64,000 bases of DNA from Holophagaceae bacterium (GTDB lineage: Bacteria; Acidobacteriota; Holophagae; Holophagales; Holophagaceae), in contig JBDIBF010000002.1 of the NCBI GenBank assembly GCA_039812765.1, positions 1,682 to 65,681 of the forward strand. Reading direction: 5' to 3'. A model generated the notes under the pieces. It was not told where the DNA came from and searched no databases. It saw nothing but the letters and a program-made list of their open reading frames with translations. Numbering within the stretch: position 1 is the first letter of the stretch; each line of letters opens with the position of its first letter. A program made the position numbers and the translations under genes. This document shows positions 48,970 to 58,594 of this stretch, in pieces.

Positions 48970-49228
48970 CCCCTCCGCCGCCTGGATCGCCCTCGTGCTT
49001 CTTCGGGGCCCTCACGCCCTCCCGCGCCCTGGCGGCGTGGCGGACCGAGGGGGCCAGGACCTGCTCCACCCCGAGGAGGGCGCTCCCGGCGGCCCGCCGC
49101 CCCCGCGCCTCCAGGCCCGAGAGCTGCAGCCAGCCCCGCCGTTCCATCCAGGGCAGCGTCCGGGCCAGGGAGAGCAGCCCTGCCAGGAGCAGGGCCACCA
49201 GCAGCAGCAGCGGGCCATGGCCTTCCAT
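48950..49228 (-). CDS. small membrane protein (92 aa)
   Basis: Internal ATG 49228 (MEGHGPLLLLVALLLAGLLSLA). One TM and a Gly/Asp tail. Overlaps the Omp85 start by 20 nt. High GC3. No family recognised. Confidence 0.4.
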   Translation of the reverse strand: MEGHGPLLLLVALLLAGLLSLARTLPWMERRGWLQLSGLEARGRRAAGSALLGVEQVLAPSVRHAARAREGVRAPKKHEGDPGGGGDGDDPA

Positions 49229-49250
49229 GGACTCAGCATAGGATGGACCC

Positions 49251-51332
<2,082 letters not shown>

Positions 51333-51480
51333 GCCCGGTCCCGGATCCGGTCACACCGCCCCATGCCGACCGCCCTGCGGGGCCCCCCTCGGCCCAGCTC
51401 CTGGTGGCCTGTGCGCCCGCGACCCGCGTTCGCGTCACGGCGGCTACACTGCCGGTCATCCCAGCCCCGGAGACCCGCCC

Positions 51481-51867
51481 ATGAGCGCACCCGCCGTGCA
51501 CCCCACCATCGACGCCTACTTCGCCGGCATCTCCGCCATGGACTGGGAAGCGGCCGTCGCGGGATTCGCCGCCGACGTCCACCACGAGGATCCCGTGGGC
51601 AGCCCCGTGAACCGCAGCCCCGAGGCGGCCAAGGCCTTCTTCCAGCAGATCGGCGGCCTCTTCCGCACCGTCGAGCTGCGTCCCCGCGCCAGCTTCCGCT
51701 GCGGCGACGAGTATGCCGTGGTGTGGGACGGCCAGGGCATGGGCCAGAACGGCGCCGCCGTGGCCTTCGAAGGCGTGGACGTCATCGCCCTCGACGCCGG
51801 GGGCCGCATCCGTTCCCTTCGCGCCTACTGGGATCCTGCGCCGGTGATGGGAAAGCTCATGGCCTGA
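51481..51867 (+). CDS. SnoaL-like / NTF2-fold protein
   Basis: 128 aa. IDAYFAGISAMDWEAAVAGFAADV and RSLRAYWDP patterns. Confidence 0.68.
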   Translation: MSAPAVHPTIDAYFAGISAMDWEAAVAGFAADVHHEDPVGSPVNRSPEAAKAFFQQIGGLFRTVELRPRASFRCGDEYAVVWDGQGMGQNGAAVAFEGVDVIALDAGGRIRSLRAYWDPAPVMGKLMA

Positions 51868-51874
51868 GATGAAA

Positions 51875-51906
51875 GCGGCGGCCCCGGGGTGCCCCGGGGC
51901 CGCCGC
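51875..51906. terminator. bidirectional terminator hairpin GCGGCGGCCCCGG-GGTGCC-CCGGGGCCGCCGC
   Basis: Near-perfect 13-15-bp GC stem. GATGAAA on the plus-strand 5' side corresponds to UUUCAUC 3' of the stem on the minus strand. It sits between convergent genes. Confidence 0.8.
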
Positions 51907-52017
51907 AGGATCGCTGGGCCCGTCTCAGTTCAGCATGCAAAGACGGGGCACGCAGGTGTTGTTGGTGCCCGCGCAATTGTCTACGGTCCCGGGGAGGCTG
52001 GGCACATTGTCGCAAAG

Positions 52018-52131
52018 TCAGATGTCTCCCGTGTAAACGGGGCACCAGTTGATTTCGGCGCCAGCCACGGTGGCGGCCTGTCCGAGATTGATGGACCGCA
52101 GGGTTTCGCGGTTCAGGTCGAGCTTCTTCAC
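52018..52131 (-). CDS. leader-peptide-like small ORF (37 aa to the first TGA; the frame stays open to 51925)
   Basis: GTG 52131 lies 6 nt after AGGAG. Product VKKLDLNRETLRSINLGQAATVAGAEINWCPVYTGDI. See the finding for the in-frame extension. Confidence 0.55.
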   Translation of the reverse strand: MKKLDLNRETLRSINLGQAATVAGAEINWCPVYTGDI

Positions 52132-52398
52132 GGGGATCTCCTGGATGGGGCTGCGCGGGCCGTGGTTGGGATCCCGAACGATGGCGCGCCGGGCCTGGGC
52201 GGCACAAATGTCACGATCCCAGCCGCCCCGCGAAGGAGGCCGACCGGTGGCTGCGGCCCCTCCGATCCGCACCGCCGGACCTCGTGCCCCCGGGCGGGGT
52301 GGACAAAGGGCCGAACGGGGCCGGACAATGGATGGCCCCCGATCCCAGGCCCAGGTTGACCAACGCCTTCCCGGGTGCGGGCGCATCCGGAGGAGCCC

Positions 52399-53415
52399 AT
52401 GAAGGTGGCCAGTCCCGACGATTCCCGGACGGAGGCCCCGGCGGCAGGCGTGCCGCAGCCGGCGGGGCACCCGCGCAATCCCATCCACCCCCTGGACCTG
52501 GACCCGGTGCGGGCCCTGCGCGTCAACCTCAGCGCGGTGGAGCGCCGGGCGGCCAGCCTGCCGGGGCGGCGCACGGTGAAGAAGGAGTGGCAGGCGGCCT
52601 GGCTGCTGCGGGCCATCACGCTCATCGACCTCACCACGCTGTCCGGGGACGACACGCCGGGCAACGTGAAGCGCCTCTGCGCCAAGGCCCGCAACCCCGT
52701 GCGGCCGGACCTGCTGAAGGCCCTGGGCGCCGAGGACCTGGGCGTCACCTGCGGCGCGGTCTGCGTCTACCACGGCCTGGTGGCCACCGCCGTGAAGGCG
52801 CTGGAGGGCTCGGGCGTCCCCGTGGCCGCCGTGTCCACGGGCTTCCCCGCGGGCCTCAGCCCGATGAAGGAGCGGATCAATGAGATCAAGGCCTCGGTGG
52901 CCGACGGGGCGAAAGAGATCGACGTCGTCATCACCCGCGGCCTCGCCCTGAAGGGCGAGTGGGAGGCCCTGTATGACGAGGTGCGTGCCTTCCGGGAGGC
53001 CTGCGGCGAGGCCCACATGAAGGTCATCCTGGGCACCGGCGAGCTGGCGACCCTCACCACCGTCGCCCGGGCCAGCCTCGTGTCCCTGCAGGCCGGCGCC
53101 GACTTCATCAAGACCTCCACGGGCAAGGAGCCCGTGAACGCGACCCTGCCGGTCGGTCTGGTCATGGCCCGCATGGTGCGCGCCCACTTGGAGGCCACGG
53201 GCTTCAAGGCCGGCTTCAAGCCCGCCGGCGGCATCCGCACCGCGAAGTCCAGCCTGGACTGGATGGCCCTCATGAAGGAGGAGCTGGGCGACGCATGGCT
53301 GAGGCCCGACCTCTTCCGCTTCGGCGCCAGCGGCCTGCTCACGGACATCGAACGCCAGCTGGAGCACTTCGCCACCGGCCGGTATGCCGCCGCGTACCGC
53401 CAGCCGATGCCCTGA
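52399..53415 (+). CDS. deoC: deoxyribose-phosphate aldolase (long form)
   Basis: ATG 52399 after GGAGGAG. IDLTTLSGDDT, AVCVYHG, ADFIKTSTGK (Schiff-base Lys), KPAGGIRT. Confidence 0.85.
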   Translation: MKVASPDDSRTEAPAAGVPQPAGHPRNPIHPLDLDPVRALRVNLSAVERRAASLPGRRTVKKEWQAAWLLRAITLIDLTTLSGDDTPGNVKRLCAKARNPVRPDLLKALGAEDLGVTCGAVCVYHGLVATAVKALEGSGVPVAAVSTGFPAGLSPMKERINEIKASVADGAKEIDVVITRGLALKGEWEALYDEVRAFREACGEAHMKVILGTGELATLTTVARASLVSLQAGADFIKTSTGKEPVNATLPVGLVMARMVRAHLEATGFKAGFKPAGGIRTAKSSLDWMALMKEELGDAWLRPDLFRFGASGLLTDIERQLEHFATGRYAAAYRQPMP

Positions 53416-53455
53416 CCTTCCCTCACGACGCTCGACGAACCCGCCAGGAAGCCCC

Positions 53456-55831
53456 ATGTCCGTGAAGACCATCTTCGAAACCCTGGAATACGGCCCCGCC
53501 CCGGAAAGCGCCTCGCCGGCGCTGGACTGGATCGCGTCCCACGAGGGCAAGTTCGGGCTCTGCATCGGCGGCCAGTGGTCCGCGGCGGCGGACGGCGCCA
53601 CCTTCGAGGTGCTGGACCCGTCCGCCAACAAGGTCCTGGCCCGGGTGGCCCAGGCGGGCACCGCGGACGTGGACCGCGCCGTGGCGGCCGCGCGGAAGGC
53701 CCAGGGCCCCTGGGCCGCGCTGTCGCCCCACGCCCGGGCCCGCCACCTCTACGCCCTGGCCCGGGCCGTGCAGAAGCACTCGCGCCTGCTGGCGGTGCTG
53801 GAGTCCATGAACAACGGCAAGCCCATCCGCGAGAGCCGCGACATCGACATCCCGCTGGTGGCCCGCCACTTCTACCACCACGCCGGCTGGGCCCAGTTAT
53901 TGGAAGGGGAATTCCCCGGTTACGGGGCCGTTGGGGTGGTCGGCCAGATCATCCCCTGGAACTTCCCCCTGCTCATGCTGGCCTGGAAGATCGCGCCGGC
54001 CCTCGCCGCGGGCAACACCGTGGTCCTCAAGCCGGCGGAGTACACGCCCCTCTCGGCCCTGGCCTTCACCGAGATCGCCCACGCCGCGGGCCTGCCCGAG
54101 GGCGTGCTGAACCTCGTCACCGGCGACGGCGAGACCGGCAAGCTCATGGTCACCCATCCCGGCCTCGACAAGCTCGCCTTCACGGGCTCGACGGAAGTCG
54201 GCCGCGCCATCCGCGTGGCCACCGCCGGCAGCGGCAAGAAGCTGAGCCTCGAACTGGGCGGCAAGAGCCCCTTCATCGTCTTCGACGACGCGGACCTGGA
54301 TTCCGTCGTCGAGGGCGTCGTGGACGCCATCTGGTTCAACCAGGGCCAGGTCTGCTGCGCGGGGTCGCGGCTCCTGGTGCACGAGGGCGTCGAGGCGAAG
54401 CTGCTGGCCAAGCTGCGCGCCCGCATGGAGAAGCTGCGACTGGGTTCGCCATTGGACAAGGCCGTGGACATGGGCGCCATCGTCGCCCCGGCCCAGCTGG
54501 AGCGGATCCGTGGCCTCATGGCCGAGGGCGCGAAGGAGGGCGGCACGATCTGGCAGCCGAGCTGGGCGGCTCCCAAGGAGGGCTGCTTCTACCCGCCCAC
54601 CCTGGTCTCCGGCGTGGCGCCGGCGGCCATGCTGGCCCAGGTGGAGATCTTCGGGCCCGTGGTGGTGGCCATGACCTTCCGCACGCCGGCCGAGGCCGTG
54701 GCCCTCGCCAACAACACGCCCTACGGCCTGGCCGCCAGCGTGTGGACCGAGAACATCAACCTCGCCCTGGACATCGCGCCCAAGGTGAAGGCCGGCGTGG
54801 TGTGGGTGAATTGCACGAACCAGTTCGACGCCGCCGCGGGCTTCGGCGGCTACCGCGACTCGGGCTTCGGCCGCGAGGGGGGCCGCGAGGGCATGTGGGA
54901 GTACCTCAAGGCCAAGCCCGCGCCGGCGCCAGCCCCCTTCAAGCCCGAGCCCTTCGAGGCGGGTCTGGGCGCCGTGGACGGCGGCCTGCCGGGCATCGAC
55001 CGCACGCCGAAGCTCTTCATCGGCGGCAAGCAGGCCCGGCCCGACTCGGGCTACAGCCGCCCGGTCACCGGCGTCTCCGGCCGGGTCCTCGGCGAAGTGG
55101 GCGACGGCAACCGCAAGGACCTGCGCAACGCCGTGGAGGCCGCCCACGCCGCCGCCGGCTGGGCGAAGGCCACGGGCCACCTGCGGGCCCAGATCCTCTA
55201 CTACCTGGCGGAGAACCTCTCGGCGCGCGCCGCCGAGTTCGCGAAGCGCCTCCGCGCCATGACCGGCGCGCCGGCCTCCGTCGCCGAGGCGGAGGTGGAG
55301 GCCTCGCTGTCGCGGCTCTTCACCTACGCCGCCTGGGCGGACAAGTTCGACGGGGCCGTCCATAGCGTTCCGATGCGGGGCGTGGCCCTGGCCATGAACG
55401 AGCCGGTGGGCGTGCTGGGGCTGGCCTGCCCCGAGGCCTTCCCGCTCCTGGGCTTCGTGTCCCTGGTGGCCCCGGCCCTGGCCATGGGCAACACCGTCGT
55501 GGCGCTGCCCTCCGCGGCCCACCCCCTCTGCGCCACGGACTTCTACTCCATCCTCGAGACGTCGGACCTGCCGTCCGGCGTGCTGAACATCGTCACCGGC
55601 GACAAGGAGGCCCTCGCCAAGGTCCTCGCCGACCACGACGACGTGGACGGCCTCTGGTTCTTCGGCAGCCAGGCCGGCGCCGCGGCGGTGGAGCGGGCGA
55701 GTGCGGCGAACATGAAGCGCACCTGGACCGAGTGGACGGAACGCGACTGGATGGGCGCCGCGGGTGAGGGGAGGGCGTTCCTCCGCCACGCGACGGAGGT
55801 GAAGAACATCTGGATCCCCTACGGGGAGTGA
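53456..55831 (+). CDS. aldehyde dehydrogenase with a second, truncated ALDH-like module (about 790 aa)
   Basis: The first ~500 aa form a complete ALDH (IIPWNFPLLM, LELGGKSP, QGQVCCAGSR). After an APAPAP linker comes a second ALDH-like region lacking the catalytic Cys and ELGG motifs. Confidence 0.85.
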   Translation: MSVKTIFETLEYGPAPESASPALDWIASHEGKFGLCIGGQWSAAADGATFEVLDPSANKVLARVAQAGTADVDRAVAAARKAQGPWAALSPHARARHLYALARAVQKHSRLLAVLESMNNGKPIRESRDIDIPLVARHFYHHAGWAQLLEGEFPGYGAVGVVGQIIPWNFPLLMLAWKIAPALAAGNTVVLKPAEYTPLSALAFTEIAHAAGLPEGVLNLVTGDGETGKLMVTHPGLDKLAFTGSTEVGRAIRVATAGSGKKLSLELGGKSPFIVFDDADLDSVVEGVVDAIWFNQGQVCCAGSRLLVHEGVEAKLLAKLRARMEKLRLGSPLDKAVDMGAIVAPAQLERIRGLMAEGAKEGGTIWQPSWAAPKEGCFYPPTLVSGVAPAAMLAQVEIFGPVVVAMTFRTPAEAVALANNTPYGLAASVWTENINLALDIAPKVKAGVVWVNCTNQFDAAAGFGGYRDSGFGREGGREGMWEYLKAKPAPAPAPFKPEPFEAGLGAVDGGLPGIDRTPKLFIGGKQARPDSGYSRPVTGVSGRVLGEVGDGNRKDLRNAVEAAHAAAGWAKATGHLRAQILYYLAENLSARAAEFAKRLRAMTGAPASVAEAEVEASLSRLFTYAAWADKFDGAVHSVPMRGVALAMNEPVGVLGLACPEAFPLLGFVSLVAPALAMGNTVVALPSAAHPLCATDFYSILETSDLPSGVLNIVTGDKEALAKVLADHDDVDGLWFFGSQAGAAAVERASAANMKRTWTEWTERDWMGAAGEGRAFLRHATEVKNIWIPYGE

Positions 55832-55868
55832 GGGGGACGACCTCCCTGGCGGTCCCCACCATGAATGC

Positions 55869-55954
55869 GGCGAGCCGAGCCGAAGGGTGAATCCGGATCC
55901 AAGGTTGAACAGGACCCAAGGGTGACTGCGGACCCAAGGTTTCGACCTTCCAAG
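55869..55954. repeat. five ~17-18-nt direct repeats each ending CCAAGG-like
   Basis: GGCGAGCCGAGCCGAAGG / GTGAATCCGGATCCAAGG / TTGAACAGGACCCAAGG / GTGACTGCGGACCCAAGG / TTTCGACCTTCCAAG, read on the plus strand. Confidence 0.7.
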
Positions 55955-55955
55955 A

Positions 55956-56006
55956 GCACCACGATCTGCGAGGGCCACGCCTGTTGGCCCTCGCAGATCG
56001 CGGTGC
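55956..56006. repeat. 51-nt hairpin (module X, copy 2, inverted relative to copy 1)
   Basis: 22-bp stem (one G-U) and a 7-nt loop. The base GCACCGCGATC/GATCGTGGTGC and the flank GACGCGCTTCGCGCGTCTG are homologous to 21175-21248. Confidence 0.75.
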
Positions 56007-56339
56007 CAGACGCGCGAAGCGCGTCGTCGGCGACGGTTCCGGGACGAAAGCTCCGGAGCCGAGAGAGGCGCGGGGGTAGGCGAGGGGATCGGTGAGGGGA
56101 TCGGCGGCTGACCCGCTGCCGGGCCCGAGCGCGCGCGGGGCGTGCCTGGCACGGGGCGGAGGTGCTGCGCCCGCCGCGCTCCGTTCGGCCGCATGCGCGT
56201 CCGCCGCGTCATGAAGCCGCCGCGTTGGACCTGCCTGCCTTTGGGGGTCAACGTCAAGGTCGACGGCTCGGCCGCGGACTGGGGCGAGCCGCCCGAGGCG
56301 CCCCTGGGCCCCGGTCCCTGGGTCGGGCCAACGCCTTCC

Positions 56340-56777
56340 TCAGCCGGCGGGCAGCGTGGCCAGGGTGAGCCAGAAGGCCTCGATGGAGGACAACAGGCCC
56401 GAAAAGGAGTCGAGGTCGGCGGGCTTGACCAGGTAGGCGTTGGCCTGGGCCTCGTAGCAGCCCTGGATGTCCCGGTCCCCCATGCTGGAAGTGAGGATCA
56501 CGGTGGGGATCATCTTCAGCTCGGGCGCGCGCTTGATGGTGCGCAGCACTTCCAGGCCGCCCACCCGGGGCATGTTCAGGTCCAGGAGGACCAGGTGCGG
56601 ACGCGGGGCGTCTGCGTAAGGCCATTCACGGCGGAGGAAGGCGATGGCCTCCTCGCCGTCCTTGGCGGTGTGGAGGCGGCTGGGGACCTTGGAATCCTTC
56701 ATGGCCTCCTGGATGAGCCGGACGTCGCCGGGATTGTCGTCCACGACGAGGATCTCGATGGGGTTCGCAGGGCTCAT
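56340..56777 (-). CDS. stand-alone CheY-like response regulator
   Basis: ILVVDDNPGD, LVLLDLNMP and YLVKP receiver motifs. Its ATG overlaps the kinase stop (ATGA). Confidence 0.88.
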   Translation of the reverse strand: MSPANPIEILVVDDNPGDVRLIQEAMKDSKVPSRLHTAKDGEEAIAFLRREWPYADAPRPHLVLLDLNMPRVGGLEVLRTIKRAPELKMIPTVILTSSMGDRDIQGCYEAQANAYLVKPADLDSFSGLLSSIEAFWLTLATLPAG

Positions 56778-57928
56778 GGCTCGCTCCGGACGACGGGAAG
56801 GGTGAAGTGGAAGGTGGCGCCGAGGCCTGGGGTGGATTCGACCCAGATGCGGCCGCCGTGGCGCTCCACGATGCGCTTGCAGAACGCGAGCCCGATGCCG
56901 CTGCCGGGGAACTCCTCCCGGCCGTGGAGGCGCTGGAAGATGGTGAAGATCTGCTGGGCGTGGCGGGAATCCAGGCCGATGCCGTTGTCCTGGACCCAGC
57001 AGTGCCAGCTTTCGCCCTCCCGCCGGGCGCCGACGGAGATCTCCGGCGGACGGTGGGGCACCCTGAACTTCAGGGCGTTCCCGACCAGGTTCTGGAAGAG
57101 CTGGGTCAGCTGTCCCGGCTCCCCGAGCACCGTGGGGAGCGCCTCCCGCCGCAGCTCGGGCCGGACCTCCTCGAGAGCCGCGCGAAGGTTCGCCAGGGCC
57201 GCGTCGAGGGCCGTGTCCAGGGCCACGGGGCGCGGCGAGGGGGCCGAGGCGCTCAGCCGCGCGTAGGCCAGCAGGTCCCGGATCATCGCCTGCATGGTCT
57301 CCGCCCCCTGGGAGGCGTAGCGGATGAACTCGTCGGCGTCCTCATCCAGCCGGCCCTTGTAGCGCCGCGCCAGGAGCTGGGTGAAGCTGGACACCATCCG
57401 CAGGGGCTCCTGCAGGTCGTGGCTGGCCACATAGGCGAACTGCTCAAGATCCGCGTTGGACCTCGCCAGGGCCTCGGCCCTCGCCTCCAGCTCGGCCTGC
57501 TTGGCCTTCAGCTCCTCCTCGACGCGCTTGCGATCGGTGATCTCGAAGCGGATGGCCATGTACTGCCAGGGACGGCCCGCCGCGTCGAGGAAGGGGACGA
57601 TGGTGGTGTCCACCCAGTAGTGGGAGCCGTCCTTCGCCCGGTTCTTGATCTCGCCCCGCCACACCTTCCCGGCGGAAATGGTCCTCCACAGGTCCTGGAA
57701 GAACTCCCTGGGGTGGTGGCCGCTGTTGATGATCCTGTGGTTCCTGCCCAGGAGTTCCTCTCGCCCGTACTTCGAGACGGCGCAGAACCGGCCGTTGACA
57801 TAGGTGATGGTGCCCGTCGCGTCGGTGGTGGCCACGATGGCGCTCTCGTCCAGGGCCTGCTTCAGCTCCAGGAGGTCCCGCAGCGTCTGTTCGTGGGTGG
57901 GCGAGGCGGAAAGATTGGAGTCGGGCAC
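56774..57928 (-). CDS. PAS-domain sensor histidine kinase
   Basis: PAS (ITYVNGRFCAVSKYGREELLGRNHRI), coiled coil, H-box FAYVASHDLQEPLR, N/G boxes (NALKF, DNGIG, GSGIGL). Confidence 0.88.
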   Translation of the reverse strand: MPDSNLSASPTHEQTLRDLLELKQALDESAIVATTDATGTITYVNGRFCAVSKYGREELLGRNHRIINSGHHPREFFQDLWRTISAGKVWRGEIKNRAKDGSHYWVDTTIVPFLDAAGRPWQYMAIRFEITDRKRVEEELKAKQAELEARAEALARSNADLEQFAYVASHDLQEPLRMVSSFTQLLARRYKGRLDEDADEFIRYASQGAETMQAMIRDLLAYARLSASAPSPRPVALDTALDAALANLRAALEEVRPELRREALPTVLGEPGQLTQLFQNLVGNALKFRVPHRPPEISVGARREGESWHCWVQDNGIGLDSRHAQQIFTIFQRLHGREEFPGSGIGLAFCKRIVERHGGRIWVESTPGLGATFHFTLPVVRSEP

Positions 57929-58044
57929 GGTCAGTCGGTGTTTCGGAGGAACTTGATCCGAATTCTAGTGGAGTGGGCCCTCCCTGGCCAGGGACCTCCT
58001 GGCCTCCCCCCGGGCCGGGACCGGCCTCGCCCGGCTCCGGGACC

Positions 58045-58536
58045 CTAGGCGGAAGGGTCCTCCCGCAGCTTCGCCGCGATCCGCTCCCTCAGGCTCTCCG
58101 GCACGAGATCCGCGAGGTTCCCGCCCATGCCGCCGATCTCGCGCACCAGGCGGGAGCTGATGGCGGAGTACTTCTCCTTGGGCATCAGGAACACGGTCTC
58201 CAGGTCCGGCGCGAGCTTGCGGTTCATGAGGGCCATCTGGAACTCGTACTCGAAGTCGCTGAAGGCCCGCACGCCGCGCACGATGAAGCTGGCCTGGTGC
58301 TGCTTGGCGAAGTCCACCAGCAGGCCGTGGAAGCTGGTCACCTCGATGTGGGGCAGCGGCGCGACCAGCTCCTTCAGGAAGGCCACCCGCTCCTCCACGC
58401 CGAAGGCCCCCTGCTTCGCCGGGTTGTGCAGCACCGCCACGATGAGCCGGTCCACCAGCTTGTCCGCCCGCTGGATCACGTCCCAGTGCCCCATGGTCAC
58501 GGGGTCGAAGGAACCGGGATAGATCGCGGTGCGCAA
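58045..58536 (-). CDS. coaD: phosphopantetheine adenylyltransferase
   Basis: AIYPGSFDPVTMGHWDVI, ISSRLVREI. Confidence 0.92.
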   Translation of the reverse strand: MRTAIYPGSFDPVTMGHWDVIQRADKLVDRLIVAVLHNPAKQGAFGVEERVAFLKELVAPLPHIEVTSFHGLLVDFAKQHQASFIVRGVRAFSDFEYEFQMALMNRKLAPDLETVFLMPKEKYSAISSRLVREIGGMGGNLADLVPESLRERIAAKLREDPSA

Positions 58537-58594
58537 GGGGGGCTCCGGGGGAGGGACGGGGACAGACTACCCGCAACCCGGTCCCCATGCCGCG

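Noticed and set aside
55832-56339. Housekeeping ncRNA (tmRNA, RNase P, SRP, 6S) or riboswitch in the long intergenic regions (also 21123-21582)
   Set aside because: I found none of the signature strings I know (for example GGAUUCGAC, AGGAAAGUCCGGGC, the SRP GGAA tetraloop context). Both regions lie between convergent gene ends, so a 5'-leader riboswitch is not plausible.
56211-56340. Small protein starting MKPPRWTCLPLGVNVKVDG (high GC3) inside module Y, with a PPRWT counterpart on the minus strand at 21283..21474
   Set aside because: The plus-strand frame has no stop until 57266, so it would run antisense through two real genes. The homologous copy has ATA instead of ATG and an indel that shifts the frame, so conservation is at the nucleotide or structure level, not the protein level.
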